Positions 28,172 through 38,431 of a DNA stretch of 45,086 nt are shown here, piece by piece. The stretch's first letter is position 1. Every line of letters begins with the position of its first letter. The notes under the pieces were generated by a model. That model was not told where the DNA came from and ran no database searches. It saw nothing but the letters and a program-made list of their open reading frames with translations. The position numbers were made by a program, and so were the translations under genes. This DNA is from Bacteroidota bacterium (GTDB lineage Bacteria > Bacteroidota > Ignavibacteria > SZUA-365). The DNA lies in assembly GCA_016928515.1 (NCBI GenBank), contig JAFGKR010000033.1, positions 1 to 45,086 on the forward strand, written 5' to 3'.

Positions 28172-31100
28172 ATGACGGAGACGCAGAAGCACGCCGAACG
28201 GGATGCCGCACTGCAGGCGCTGAAGGAGCGGGACAGTCTCTTTCATTCCCTCATTCACAATATCAGCGACGCCATTACAATCCTCAGCAAGAACGGTGAC
28301 ATACTGTATGAGACCGTCACCGTCGAACGCATGAGCGGCTTCAGCGTGAAGAAACGTCTGGGTCGGTCGATTTATGAATACCTGCATCCTGATGATATTC
28401 CCTCGATCAAGGCGCTGGGAAAACGTGTTCTTTCCCATCCTGCGTACGAAGAAAAATGTGAATTCCGTCACCGGCATGTCAACGGCAGCTGGCTGCAGCT
28501 GGAAGGGATCGTAAAAAACTACCTTCACGTTCCGACGATCGGTGGGATTGTCGTTACATCACGAGACGTTTCCGAGCGGAAACGCAGCGTGACGGAGCTT
28601 GCCCGACTGGCGCATGTCATCGATGCGGTCACGGATCTCATCGTGATCATGGATGTGGATGCGCGCATCGTGCAGATGAATTCTTCGGTGCTTCTGCGTT
28701 TCGGCTACAGCGAGGAGCAGCTGATCGGCCGGTCCGGTGAGGTATTTCTTTCTCCCGAAAATCCGAACAACCTGCGCGAGGAGGTGTTTCACCATCCCCT
28801 CCGTGGTAAATGGAGGGGCGACATTCTTGCCGTCACCGCGTCAGGGGAGGAGTTCTGGGCGGAGCTGACAGCAACCATGTTCGAACAGGACAGGAAGCCC
28901 GCCGGTAGAGTCATCATTTTCCACGATATCGAGGAACGGAAGCAGTCTGAACAACAATTGCTGCTTTTCAGCGATCAGCTCAAGCAGCTGCACCGACTGA
29001 ACACCGCACAGTACCACAATTTCGATGACCTGTTCGAAGATGCCCTCCGAACCGGTGTGGAGATGTTCGGCTTGGAAACCGGACTGATTACACGTCTCGA
29101 TGGTGATCACTTCGAGATTCACGCCGCGCGCTCGCCGCATCACGGTCTCCACGCCGGAGTGCATTTTCGACGGGACGGTACCTATTGCCGGCAGGTTGCC
29201 GATACGCGCCGCACGATACTGCTGCACCGAACAGACGATGATACGGATGTTGAAGATTGTACACTCGACGGGACACTGCGAGCGGAAGCATATCTCGGTA
29301 CTCCCATCCGAGTACAGGGCCAGATTTACGGTACACTCTGTTTTTCCTCCCTCACACCGCGGATGGAGGCCTTTCGTCCGGGCGACGGTGAAATCATTGA
29401 AATGTTGGCCCAGAGCATCGGACATTACATCGGTGCGCAGATGACCGAGCAGGAGCGACTGCACAGCGCGGAAGAACTGCTGCGCGCCAAGGAAGCGGCG
29501 GAAGCGGCCGACCGGGCAAAGAGTGAATTCCTCGCCTCCATGAGCCATGAAATCCGCACTCCGATGAATGGTGTGATCGGGATGACCGGTCTGCTTCTCG
29601 AGACGTCGCTCACTGAACTGCAGCACGAATACGTGGAAACCATCCGCAGCAGTGGCGACAGCCTACTGACCATCATCAACGATATCCTCGATTTTTCGAA
29701 GATAGAGTCTGGTCGCATGCGGCTCGAATCCCATCCATTCGAACTGCGTCCCTGCATCGAGGATGTCCTGGATCTGATGATGCCGAACATCGGGACAAAG
29801 CCCATCGAACTGATGTATCTCATCGACCCGGATGTCCCACCGGTCATCGTCGGAGATGTCACGCGACTGCGACAGATACTTGTGAACCTTGTGGGCAATG
29901 GGATCAAATTCACCGAGGAGGGGGAAATCGTTATACAGGTGTCGATGCAGAACCGGCAAGACGACAGTCTCGATCTCCTCTTCGAAGTGCGCGACACCGG
30001 CATCGGCATACCGCTTGAGAAACGTGAAATGCTCTTCGACTCGTTCACACAGATCGATTCCTCGACGACGCGTAAATATGGCGGCACCGGACTTGGGCTT
30101 GCGATCAGCTCCCGCCTGGTTGCGATGATGCGTGGTGCGATCTGGGTACACAGCACGGTCGGCGAAGGATCCGTGTTCTTCTTCACCGTACGCGTACAGG
30201 CGGCTCCGACCTCCGGGGATGGCGAAGTACAGCGGCTGGAGGCATTGAAAGGAAAACAGGTTCTCGTCATCGACGACAACCAGACCAACCGGCGCATCCT
30301 CAACCTGCAGTGTGTCGGATGGGGAATGGAATGCCTGGCTCTCCCGTCGGGTGAGGAAGCGCTTCACATGATGCAGAAAGGAGCATCCTTCGACATCGCC
30401 ATCATTGACATGCTGATGCCGCAGATGGACGGCGTGCAGCTTGCCCGCGCCATCCGCAACGAACATCCGCGGAAAAACATGCCTATGATTCTGCTCACGT
30501 CGCTCAGCAGGCATGATGAGCGCATTTCCGCAGAAGGATTGTTCCAGGCCGTACTGACGAAGCCGGTGAAGCAGGGACAGCTGCAGCACGTGCTTGTTTC
30601 CGCACTCGGGATCCGATCGCAGAGCCGCTTGCGTCCGGTGATGCAGGGGCGTCTCGACCGTCGATTGGCCGAGAAAATTCCGCTCCGCATTCTTATCGCG
30701 GAAGACAACCCGGTGAACCAGAAACTGGTCGTCCGGCTTTTCCAGCAGATGGGATACAGAGTGGATGTGGCAGCCAACGGGCTCGAAGTACTTGACGCGC
30801 TCGGTCGTCAGCCGTACGACATGATCTTCATGGATATTCAGATGCCGGAGATGGACGGCATAGAGGCCACTGAACGCATTCAGTCGGATTTCCCGCTTGA
30901 CCGAAGACCGGTCATCGTCGCCGTGACGGCCAATGCCCTCGAAAGTGATCGCAAGCGCTGTCTGGATGCGGGCATGCACGATTATATCAGCAAGCCCGTC
31001 CGTATCGAGACCATACAGGAGGCGATCAGGTATTGGGCGGGGACACTGCAGGAAGCGCGCAGCTCCGTATTGCCTCCGGTCTCATCGGAGGATCTTCTGG

Positions 31101-31444
31101 ATATGGAGACCGTCGAAACACTGACATCCATTGCTGCTTCGGGCGATGCAGGAATGCTGGAGGAACTTCTGTCCATCCTGGAAACCCAGACATCCCAGCT
31201 CGTCAAGGAAATCCTCGATGCTCTGGATGCGAAGGATTACGCCACTGCGAAGCGTGCCGCCCACACGCTGAAAGGTTCAGCACTGAACCTTGGTGCCCGG
31301 ACGCTTGCGGATACCTGCCTGAAAATCGAGCGCGCCGCCGAACGCGGTGACCTGGATCGCATGCACGATCAGCTTGCTGTCATGCAGCAGGTCTTTCGAC
31401 AGACCCTGCCCGTCCTACGTGATATGTATCTGCCGAAGGATTAA
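28172..31444 (+). CDS. cytoplasmic hybrid sensor histidine kinase (PAS-PAS-GAF-HisKA-HATPase-REC-REC-HPt)
   Basis: 1090 aa with AGGAG 7 nt upstream and no TM segment. H-box [13 protein letters not shown]; N/G boxes ([22 protein letters not shown]); two receiver domains ([28 protein letters not shown]); HPt motif [13 protein letters not shown]. Confidence 0.9.
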   Translation: MTETQKHAERDAALQALKERDSLFHSLIHNISDAITILSKNGDILYETVTVERMSGFSVKKRLGRSIYEYLHPDDIPSIKALGKRVLSHPAYEEKCEFRHRHVNGSWLQLEGIVKNYLHVPTIGGIVVTSRDVSERKRSVTELARLAHVIDAVTDLIVIMDVDARIVQMNSSVLLRFGYSEEQLIGRSGEVFLSPENPNNLREEVFHHPLRGKWRGDILAVTASGEEFWAELTATMFEQDRKPAGRVIIFHDIEERKQSEQQLLLFSDQLKQLHRLNTAQYHNFDDLFEDALRTGVEMFGLETGLITRLDGDHFEIHAARSPHHGLHAGVHFRRDGTYCRQVADTRRTILLHRTDDDTDVEDCTLDGTLRAEAYLGTPIRVQGQIYGTLCFSSLTPRMEAFRPGDGEIIEMLAQSIGHYIGAQMTEQERLHSAEELLRAKEAAEAADRAKSEFLASMSHEIRTPMNGVIGMTGLLLETSLTELQHEYVETIRSSGDSLLTIINDILDFSKIESGRMRLESHPFELRPCIEDVLDLMMPNIGTKPIELMYLIDPDVPPVIVGDVTRLRQILVNLVGNGIKFTEEGEIVIQVSMQNRQDDSLDLLFEVRDTGIGIPLEKREMLFDSFTQIDSSTTRKYGGTGLGLAISSRLVAMMRGAIWVHSTVGEGSVFFFTVRVQAAPTSGDGEVQRLEALKGKQVLVIDDNQTNRRILNLQCVGWGMECLALPSGEEALHMMQKGASFDIAIIDMLMPQMDGVQLARAIRNEHPRKNMPMILLTSLSRHDERISAEGLFQAVLTKPVKQGQLQHVLVSALGIRSQSRLRPVMQGRLDRRLAEKIPLRILIAEDNPVNQKLVVRLFQQMGYRVDVAANGLEVLDALGRQPYDMIFMDIQMPEMDGIEATERIQSDFPLDRRPVIVAVTANALESDRKRCLDAGMHDYISKPVRIETIQEAIRYWAGTLQEARSSVLPPVSSEDLLDMETVETLTSIAASGDAGMLEELLSILETQTSQLVKEILDALDAKDYATAKRAAHTLKGSALNLGARTLADTCLKIERAAERGDLDRMHDQLAVMQQVFRQTLPVLRDMYLPKD

Positions 31445-31848
31445 CGTCCGCAGGATCGTTCGGAGAGATGGACGAGAGAGCGTTCACGTACGGCCCTGAT
31501 GACATCATCCACGCTGTGGAGATCTGTGACGTAGGGATCAATGCCCGCGGCGCAGAGATCCGTACGAAGACGCATCCCCATCCCTCCGGCAACTACCATG
31601 CTGCAGCCGTCGAGTGCCTGAAGGATGGAGTCGTGGCTGTGTCCATGCGTGTTGTGTCCATGGTCGTGTTCCCCGTGCGCATGCCCCTCTTCTTGTGTGT
31701 GCTTTCCATGCTGGTGCTGGGTGAAACGGTTTTCGACATACCGGCGATCCTCGACGTCCCCGTCGATACTGACGACGACAAAACCGCGCGTGCGGCCGAA
31801 ATGCTGAGCGACGTGTGTTCCGTCGTCCGATGCGATGGCGAATCTCAT
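31441..31848 (-). CDS. NifB/NifX-family (dinitrogenase Fe-Mo cofactor-binding fold) protein with His-rich insertion
   Basis: Start at the ATG at 31848 ([26 protein letters not shown]...), which overlaps the upstream stop (ATGA). C-terminal ..[22 protein letters not shown].. is typical of the family. There are 11 His within 31 residues (nt 31630-31722). Confidence 0.75.
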   Translation of the reverse strand: MRFAIASDDGTHVAQHFGRTRGFVVVSIDGDVEDRRYVENRFTQHQHGKHTQEEGHAHGEHDHGHNTHGHSHDSILQALDGCSMVVAGGMGMRLRTDLCAAGIDPYVTDLHSVDDVIRAVRERSLVHLSERSCGR

Positions 31849-32327
31849 GATTGCTTTCCTTTTCGTTTTTCTTCCAGTTGCTGATGATGGTCCGAACCCT
31901 CGCGAAGAAGGACTTTCCCGCAGTCCGGACATCGCATCTCACGGCAGGGCACGCCCTGCGGATGCGGAACGGATTTTCCGCACTTGGGACAGATGCAATT
32001 CCCACCGCGTCCCATGGTATGCTGTCTCTGCATGATCATTCCTCCCGTGATGATAAGTTCTTTGCCTTCCAGAAGTGCCGTTGCGACCTTTCGCCGTGCC
32101 GAGGTGATGATGCGTCCGAAGGTTTGCCGACTGATGTGCATGTGTTCCGCTGCCAGGGTGTGGTACATCCCCTCGACATCCGCAAGACGCAACGCTTCGA
32201 GCTCGTCGAGATTGAGCGTAATCTGCTCGAGGGTGGGGGACGGAACGCCCGCCGGCTTGAAATGCAGTACCTCGGGATCGAAGTCGACTACCCTGCAGAT
32301 ATGCGGCCTGCCACGACACTTCTTCAT
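31845..32327 (-). CDS. DUF134/UPF0251-family predicted DNA-binding protein with C-terminal zinc ribbon
   Basis: 160 aa. N-terminal RGRP...F.P.GVP......I.L..DE.EALRL.D.EG......A..M.ISR.TF.R......RKVA pattern of DUF134. C-terminal CxCxxC...CxxxxCxxC cluster (CICPKCG...CREMRCPDCG). Confidence 0.75.
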   Translation of the reverse strand: MKKCRGRPHICRVVDFDPEVLHFKPAGVPSPTLEQITLNLDELEALRLADVEGMYHTLAAEHMHISRQTFGRIITSARRKVATALLEGKELIITGGMIMQRQHTMGRGGNCICPKCGKSVPHPQGVPCREMRCPDCGKVLLREGSDHHQQLEEKRKGKQS

Positions 32328-32333
32328 GATTGA

Positions 32334-32362
32334 ATAATAAGCATATGCTCATAAATAAACAA
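32334..32362 (-). promoter_or_regulatory. candidate promoter of the DUF134 operon, near-leaderless, with embedded 10-bp palindrome
   Basis: On the minus strand: TTGTTT (32362-32357), a 17-nt spacer, then TATTAT (32339-32334), and only 6 nt to the ATG at 32327. The perfect palindrome AGCATATGCT (32340-32349) fills the promoter-proximal part of the spacer. Confidence 0.4.
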
Positions 32363-32532
32363 ACAGCAGGCAGAGGGCTTGAAGCGGGGAAGCGGACTGG
32401 GCGTTTTCCCGGAATCACGGATACGGCAAAGTGTCAATCGCTGTTCAGCCTGCCTCGGCCTACGGTGTGCGGCAGGTTGTGCTGCAGGCAGGATATTGAT
32501 ACATTGACTGCCATCAAGCCTCAGGAGGATGC

Positions 32533-33633
32533 ATGAAAAAGATCGCGGTCATCGAGGATGAAGTCATTGTACGGGAGACGATCATCGAGCGGTTGACGGA
32601 GGCCAGCTATCATGTAGTCTCGGCGGAAAACGGCCTGCTGGGGATTGATCTCATCCGCGAACAGCAGCCGGATCTCGTCCTGTGCGATATCATGATGCCG
32701 AATCTCGGCGGGTATGGCGTGCTGGAATATATCCGCAAGGACCCGGCGACATCGCTCATCCCCTTCATCTTCCTTTCTGCGCTGTCGGACAAGACAGATC
32801 TTCGCAAGGGCATGCTCTCCGGGGCGGACGATTATCTCACCAAACCGTTCACGAAGGAAGAACTGCTCAATGCGGTTGCCGTGCGACTGGAGAAACGCGA
32901 AACCTTTGCACAGAACCTGCGTTCCGCACTCGACATGTTCCGCGACTCGCTCAGCCGGTCGCTGCCGCACGAATTTCTCACTCCGCTCAATTCCATCCTC
33001 GGACTGTCCAATCTCCTCCGGGAACACCAAGCCAAATTTTCCGATGTAGAGGTCGATGAGATGCTGGGGAATATTCATCAGTCGGGACAGCGTCTCCTCC
33101 GCCTCGTGCAGAATTATCTCCGCTTCGCCGAACTCGAGAGCATCCGTCACGACGAGGACAGGTTACAATCGCTCAGCGAGGAACGCTTCGGGTTTCCCGA
33201 CTCGATTATCGCCGAAACGGTGGATCTCGCGACGGCGCAGACGAAGCGGAAGAAAGACATCAGCGTACAGGCGGATGCGGGCCCACTGCGGATGGGCATA
33301 CGCGACTTCGAAAAAATCGTTGAGGAACTTGTCGACAATGCCTGCAAATTCAGCCTCGACGGAACACGCATCGACGTCACCGGAAAACATATCGACGGCT
33401 TGTATGAATTGACGGTGATGGACCGCGGACGCGGGATGTCCCCGCAGCAGATTCAATCCATTGGCGCATATCAGCAGTTCGATCGGTTGCAGTATGAACA
33501 ACGCGGGGTAGGACTCGGCCTTGCAATCGTGCATGCTATCGTGGAAATGTATGGCGGCACGATGCGCATCGACAGCGAACAGGGGAAATACACCGCCGTG
33601 ACGGTTCTTCTCCCGAGCGGAGAAGCCCATTAA
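32533..33633 (+). CDS. response-regulator receiver fused to histidine kinase (REC-HisKA-HATPase)
   Basis: 366 aa with AGGAGG upstream. Receiver motifs (DLVLCDIMMPNLGG, TKP), H-box LPHEFLTPLNSILG and ATPase G-boxes (DRGRGM, GVGLGLAIV). Confidence 0.85.
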   Translation: MKKIAVIEDEVIVRETIIERLTEASYHVVSAENGLLGIDLIREQQPDLVLCDIMMPNLGGYGVLEYIRKDPATSLIPFIFLSALSDKTDLRKGMLSGADDYLTKPFTKEELLNAVAVRLEKRETFAQNLRSALDMFRDSLSRSLPHEFLTPLNSILGLSNLLREHQAKFSDVEVDEMLGNIHQSGQRLLRLVQNYLRFAELESIRHDEDRLQSLSEERFGFPDSIIAETVDLATAQTKRKKDISVQADAGPLRMGIRDFEKIVEELVDNACKFSLDGTRIDVTGKHIDGLYELTVMDRGRGMSPQQIQSIGAYQQFDRLQYEQRGVGLGLAIVHAIVEMYGGTMRIDSEQGKYTAVTVLLPSGEAH

Positions 33634-35003
33634 ATGTTGATATCGAATTTTCTGATGAGATCGTACAGGGTCGTGCGGCCGATGTGCAAGGCGCGCGCCG
33701 TTTCCGAGATGTTTCCCTCGTGCAGTTCGAGCGCGCGGCGGACGGCAAGTTCCCGGACTTTCTCGAGGGGAATGACATCTTCGCGCGAGGTGAACAGCTC
33801 TGCAAGAGAGGTCTCCGCGGCATTGGATTCATCGAGATGGAGCGCCTGCGGCAAATCCTGCGGGCCGATGATTTCACCATCCGCCAACAACACCGCCCGT
33901 TCGATGATACTCTGCAACTCCCGGACGTTCCCTGGCCAGGCGTAGCGCTGTAGCATCTTCAACGCTCCAGGATGCAACGACAAATCCGGACGCCCTTCCC
34001 GCTCGGCGAAACGACGGAGGAAATGCTCCGCCAGCAATGGAATCTCCGACGGCCGCTCACGAAGCGGCGGCAGTTTGATGGGGAATGTCGATAAACGATA
34101 GTACAGATCCTCTCGAAATGCACGCTGCTCCGCCAAGGACAGCAGGTTGCGGTTCGTCGCGCTGATGACACGAACGTCGCTGGAAAGCGTCTCGATCCCA
34201 CCGACGCGTTCGAACTGTTTGGTCTGGATGACACGCAGCATCTTTGCCTGCAGGCTCATGTCCAGCTCACCGATTTCATCAAGGAAGATGGTGCCGGTAT
34301 GCGCCATCTCGAATTTGCCGATCTTTTTCTCAACCGCTCCGGTGAAGGCACCGCGCTCATGTCCGAACAGTTCGCTCTCGAGCAGCTCACGGGGGATTGC
34401 TGCGCAATTGATCACCACGAACGGTTGTTCCCGTCGCGCACCGTTGAAGTGGATCGCCCGCGCGATCAGTTCCTTTCCCGTTCCGCTCTCCCCTTCGATC
34501 AGGACATTGATGATACTGTTCCGCGCCTTGTCGACCAGCTTCAGGACATCCTGCATCACACCGGAATTGGATATGATGTTCTCGAAGCGAACGGAGCTCT
34601 CAAGTGTGTCCTGCAGCATGCGGACGCGGTCCTTGAGCGTATGCATGCTGATGGCGTTATTCAGCGCAAACTGCAGCCGCTTGAGGTCCACCGGCTTCGT
34701 GAAGTAATCCGATGCACCGGCGCGCATCAACTCCACCGCGACATCGATCTTCCCCTGTGCAGAAAGCATGATCACAGGCAGATCCGGCGCTTTCTCCCGG
34801 ATTTTCTTGAGTGTATCCAGTCCCGAGAGTCCCGGCATCATGTGATCGAGCAGGATAACATCAGGATTCTCGTCAAGGCTTTGGAGAACAGCATCCCCGG
34901 AGGCGAAAGATCGACATGCATATTCCCATGATTTCATGGTGAATTCGAGCAAGCGCCGAATGGAATAATCGTCATCAACGACGAAAACAAGCGCGTTTTT
35001 CAT
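33630..35003 (-). CDS. sigma-54-dependent response regulator (NtrC family: REC-AAA+-Fis HTH)
   Basis: Start re-assigned to the ATG at 35003 (MKNALVFVVDDD...). Walker A GESGTGKE, GAFTGA loop, sigma-54 interaction region and a C-terminal HTH (ETARALHIGRTTLYDLIRKF). Confidence 0.9.
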   Translation of the reverse strand: MKNALVFVVDDDYSIRRLLEFTMKSWEYACRSFASGDAVLQSLDENPDVILLDHMMPGLSGLDTLKKIREKAPDLPVIMLSAQGKIDVAVELMRAGASDYFTKPVDLKRLQFALNNAISMHTLKDRVRMLQDTLESSVRFENIISNSGVMQDVLKLVDKARNSIINVLIEGESGTGKELIARAIHFNGARREQPFVVINCAAIPRELLESELFGHERGAFTGAVEKKIGKFEMAHTGTIFLDEIGELDMSLQAKMLRVIQTKQFERVGGIETLSSDVRVISATNRNLLSLAEQRAFREDLYYRLSTFPIKLPPLRERPSEIPLLAEHFLRRFAEREGRPDLSLHPGALKMLQRYAWPGNVRELQSIIERAVLLADGEIIGPQDLPQALHLDESNAAETSLAELFTSREDVIPLEKVRELAVRRALELHEGNISETARALHIGRTTLYDLIRKFDINI

Positions 35004-35053
35004 GGATGCCCGATGTTCTTCATGGGACAGGAGGATAGCGAAAGAAAAGTACG

Positions 35054-35088
35054 AAAAAAAACGAAGCCACGAACCGGCGGTTGCTTCA
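35054..35088 (-). terminator. intrinsic terminator after fetB
   Basis: On the minus strand an imperfect GC-rich hairpin (gaagcaaccgccggttcgtggcttc) overlaps the fetB stop and is followed by T8 (plus-strand A-run 35054-35061). Confidence 0.55.
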
Positions 35089-35877
35089 CGCATCCGTCTC
35101 CTGAATGATGAGGCGATGGTCGGGGGCGAAACAGCGCTTCCGCACGAGCGAAACGACCAGCAGGCTCCCGAGTGCTGTCGATGCGACGAGCATGAGCATG
35201 ACGACAATCTGATACTTGACCGCGACCAGCGGATCGGAGCCCGCGAGAATCTGGCCGGTCATCATTCCCGGGATGAATACAACTCCCACACCCATCATGG
35301 CGTTGATGCTGGGAATCATTCCGGCCTTGATCGCGTCACGGTACATGTCCGCCGACGCCTCCCTTCCGGTCGCACCGAGACAGATCAGCAATTCGACTTC
35401 AGAGCGACGACGCAGCAGGTCAGAGAACAAACGGTCCAGCGAAATCGCGATCGCATTCATCGAATTTCCGATGATCATACCGCCGAGAGGAATGAAATAC
35501 TTCGGCAGATACCACGGTTCGGCCTGCACGATCAGTCCGACAACAACAGCGGTGATCAACACGTAGCTGAGAACCATGGAGAGGAAGGTGGGGAGGAAAT
35601 ACGAAACGGTGGTGGAGCGCACACGTCCGCGGATGATCCACGCGGCGAACAGAATCATGAGCACGTACAATGCAAGCACCAGCTCCCAACGCTGGATACG
35701 AAAGACGTAGATGAGCACAAATCCCATCAGAACGAGCTGGGCGATTGTGCGCACGGTTCCCCAGAAAAGGTCACGTGCGAGACCGAGCCGAAGACGCAGG
35801 GATGCGATACCTGCGGCGATGACAAAAAGAAGGGAAATCGCCAGTTGCGGGATGCCGATGTCGATTGCACCGCTCAT
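35086..35877 (-). CDS. fetB: UPF0014/FetB-type ABC transporter permease
   Basis: 263 aa, multi-TM, resembling the YbbM/FetB family (..LARDLFWGTVRTIAQLVLMGFVL.., ..IIGNSMNA..). The start overlaps the fetA stop (ATGA). The iron-export role comes from knowledge of the E. coli FetAB family. Confidence 0.75.
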   Translation of the reverse strand: MSGAIDIGIPQLAISLLFVIAAGIASLRLRLGLARDLFWGTVRTIAQLVLMGFVLIYVFRIQRWELVLALYVLMILFAAWIIRGRVRSTTVSYFLPTFLSMVLSYVLITAVVVGLIVQAEPWYLPKYFIPLGGMIIGNSMNAIAISLDRLFSDLLRRRSEVELLICLGATGREASADMYRDAIKAGMIPSINAMMGVGVVFIPGMMTGQILAGSDPLVAVKYQIVVMLMLVASTALGSLLVVSLVRKRCFAPDHRLIIQETDA

Positions 35878-36569
35878 GAAAGCACCTCGAGACGGGCATT
35901 CTTCAGGATGGCCATTCGCGGTGAAAGGCGGTCAGCGTCGTCGGTGTGATGTGACACCAGCAGCACAGCGAGAGCACTGCGCTCGCGTTCGTCCGCAACC
36001 ATGTCAATCAGCTTCTGTGCGGCATCACGATCAAGCGATGCGGTCGGTTCGTCGAGCAATAGCGCGGCGGGACGCATCAGCAGGAGCCGGAGCAGGGCGA
36101 TTCGCTGCTGCTGACCGACCGAGAGTGTTCCTGCGTCCTGATCAAGGCGGATGCTTTCCAGAGCCGCTTCCGAGAGCAGGGAGTTGAGCTGTTCGTCATC
36201 CGGGCCATTCGCGACATCGAAGCGGAAGGAGAGGAGGAGGTTCGTGCGCACCGTCGTACCCGGGAGCATCACCGGTTGCTGCTGCAGATAGGCTACCCGC
36301 CGCCGGTATGTCGGAGGGGGGATGTCTGCCCAGGAACGTCCTTTGAGTGTGATCGTACCCGTCTGCGGCGCGAGCAGGCGTGCAAGCGAACGAAGAAGCG
36401 TACTTTTTCCGGAGCCGGAGGGTCCGCTCAGAAGCAGCACGTCCCGCGCATGGAGGTCAAAGGCCACATCGGAGAATATGTCGTCTCGATCGTAACGAAA
36501 AGAGAGAGCCCTGACGCTGAGAAGTGCATGGGATGCGGTTTCCGGCACGGATAACTCACTGTCTGCCAT
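35874..36569 (-). CDS. fetA: ABC transporter ATP-binding protein (FetA/YbbL-like)
   Basis: 231 aa. Walker A GPSGSGKST, signature LSVGQQQR and Walker B LLLDEPT. Confidence 0.8.
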   Translation of the reverse strand: MADSELSVPETASHALLSVRALSFRYDRDDIFSDVAFDLHARDVLLLSGPSGSGKSTLLRSLARLLAPQTGTITLKGRSWADIPPPTYRRRVAYLQQQPVMLPGTTVRTNLLLSFRFDVANGPDDEQLNSLLSEAALESIRLDQDAGTLSVGQQQRIALLRLLLMRPAALLLDEPTASLDRDAAQKLIDMVADERERSALAVLLVSHHTDDADRLSPRMAILKNARLEVLS

Positions 36570-36616
36570 CTGTGGGATTTTTCCGTAGTTTACGAAGAAA
36601 TGTATACAAGGAGCGA

Positions 36617-36937
36617 ATGACGGTCTTTCCCATGATGAAAAAACTTCCGCTGATCATCTCAGTCGCTGCTGTCATTCTGCTTGGATTGGTGATTCTGTTT
36701 CGCCCCCCTTCGACTCCGGAAGAACCGCCAATGCCAGAGCTGTTACCGGGAGAGCAGCTCGAACTGTTCATGACAGACAGAATGGATTACGGTGTGCGTC
36801 TTTCGGAGGTTCTCGCGAAGCGCCGCATCGCACGCGCGGAGCAGCTTGCCGAACAGCATCCGGAACTGGAATTTCGTGCCAGGGAAGTGATCGACAGCCT
36901 CCGGGCGCGTCTCGCACGCAAGGCGGTAACAAAATGA
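36617..36937 (+). CDS. small single-pass membrane protein, unknown function
   Basis: Start chosen at the ATG at 36617 (alternative 36632), after AAGGAG. N-terminal TM helix (KKLPLIISVAAVILLGLVILF) then a charged helical tail. No family recognised. Confidence 0.4.
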   Translation: MTVFPMMKKLPLIISVAAVILLGLVILFRPPSTPEEPPMPELLPGEQLELFMTDRMDYGVRLSEVLAKRRIARAEQLAEQHPELEFRAREVIDSLRARLARKAVTK

Positions 36938-36940
36938 ATA

Positions 36941-38431
36941 TCAATCCGAAAGCTTGTCGAGCAGGTATGCCTTCAGTGCATCCATGGCGACACGTTCCTG
37001 CGCCATGCTGTCCCGGTCGCGAACGGTGACCGTCTGATCCTCGAGCGTCTGTGAGTCGACGGTGATGCAGAACGGTGTGCCGGCCTCATCCTGTCGACGG
37101 TACCGGCGTCCCACTGAACCGCTGTCGTCGTAGAAAACCTTGAAGCTTTTTTGCAGGTCGCGGGACAGCCGCTGGCCGATATCGTCCATTCCGTCACGGT
37201 TGACGAGCGGCAGGATGGCAGCCTTGTAAGGTGCCAGGCGCGGATGAAAATGGAGCACCGTGCGCGTTTCCTTCTCCAGTTCCTCTTCCTCGAATGCGTC
37301 CACCAGGAACGCCATCAGCGAACGGCTCGCACCGGCGGAAGTCTCCACCACATAGGGGATATAGCGCGCATCGTTTTCCTGGTCGAAATACTCCATACTC
37401 TTGCCCGAGTACTCCTGATGCCGTCCGAGATCGTAGTCGGTGCGATTGTGAATTCCTTCGATCTCGCCCCAGCCAAAGGGGAAAAGATACTCGACATCGA
37501 CGGCGGCCTTGGCGTAATGCGCCAGCTTCTCCTCCGGATGCACGTGCAGCCGAAGCTTCCCGGGATTCATGCCGAGATCCATGTACCACTGCCTGCGCAT
37601 GTCGCGCCACGTCTCGAACCACTCGTCGTCCGTACCGGGACGCACAAAAAACTGCATCTCCATCTGCTCGAATTCGCGCGTGCGGAAAAGGAAGTTCTTC
37701 GTGTTGATCTCGTTTCGAAAGGCCTTGCCGATCTGAGCGATGCCAAAGGGGATTTTCTGTCGCGTGGATTGTGCAACGTTCGCGAAGTTCACGAAAATGC
37801 CCTGCGCGGTTTCGGGACGCAGGAAGACCACGGCACTGCTGTCTTCCACCGGACCGACAAAGGTTTTGAACATGAGGTTGAATTTTCGGGGCACAGTGAA
37901 CGTTCCGGTGCCGCCGCAGCTGGCACAGACGAGCAGTTCCTTCTCGTTCATCGCCTCGAACACGCCGTTCTCGTCGGCAAGGGCTTCGCCCGCCCGCTCC
38001 ATCTGCTCCTCCCGAGGAAGAGCACGGAAAGTATCGGCATCCCCGTTGCGCTCGGCGAGCAGTTCCGCATATGCGTCGGCGATTTTCTTCCGGCGCTTCT
38101 CGTTGTAGGATTCATACAGCGCATCCATGCGGTAGCGGCTCTTGCACTGCTTGCAGTCCACCATCGGGTCGGTGAAATTTTCCACGTGTCCCGAAGCCTC
38201 CCAGACTCGCGGATGCATGAGAATAGATGCGTCGAGACCTTCGATATCCTCCCGGTATGTCATTGATTTCCACCAGGCGTCCTTGAGATTACGAAGCAGC
38301 TCCACGCCCAGCGGACCGTAATCCCAGCAGCCGTTGAGTCCGCTGTAGATTTCGGAGGACTGGAAAATGAACCCGCGGCGTTTCGCGAGGGAGACAATTT
38401 TTTCGAGCGTGTTCTGCTGGTTCTTTGCCAT
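36941..38431 (-). CDS. glyQS: glycine--tRNA ligase (homodimeric class II type)
   Basis: Start at the ATG at 38431 (MAKNQQNTLEKIVSLAKRRGFIFQSSEIYSGL.GCWDYGPLGVEL); the track start 38461 is GTG. Class II motifs and anticodon-binding domain are present. Confidence 0.95.
   Translation of the reverse strand: MAKNQQNTLEKIVSLAKRRGFIFQSSEIYSGLNGCWDYGPLGVELLRNLKDAWWKSMTYREDIEGLDASILMHPRVWEASGHVENFTDPMVDCKQCKSRYRMDALYESYNEKRRKKIADAYAELLAERNGDADTFRALPREEQMERAGEALADENGVFEAMNEKELLVCASCGGTGTFTVPRKFNLMFKTFVGPVEDSSAVVFLRPETAQGIFVNFANVAQSTRQKIPFGIAQIGKAFRNEINTKNFLFRTREFEQMEMQFFVRPGTDDEWFETWRDMRRQWYMDLGMNPGKLRLHVHPEEKLAHYAKAAVDVEYLFPFGWGEIEGIHNRTDYDLGRHQEYSGKSMEYFDQENDARYIPYVVETSAGASRSLMAFLVDAFEEEELEKETRTVLHFHPRLAPYKAAILPLVNRDGMDDIGQRLSRDLQKSFKVFYDDSGSVGRRYRRQDEAGTPFCITVDSQTLEDQTVTVRDRDSMAQERVAMDALKAYLLDKLSD

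Noticed and set aside
28010-28528. N-terminal 173 codons of the 401-aa track ORF 27323-28528.
   Set aside because: They would overlap the divergent hybrid-kinase gene (start 28172, good AGGAG) by more than 350 nt. The extension is low complexity, and the conserved duplicated domain begins at the ATG at 28009.
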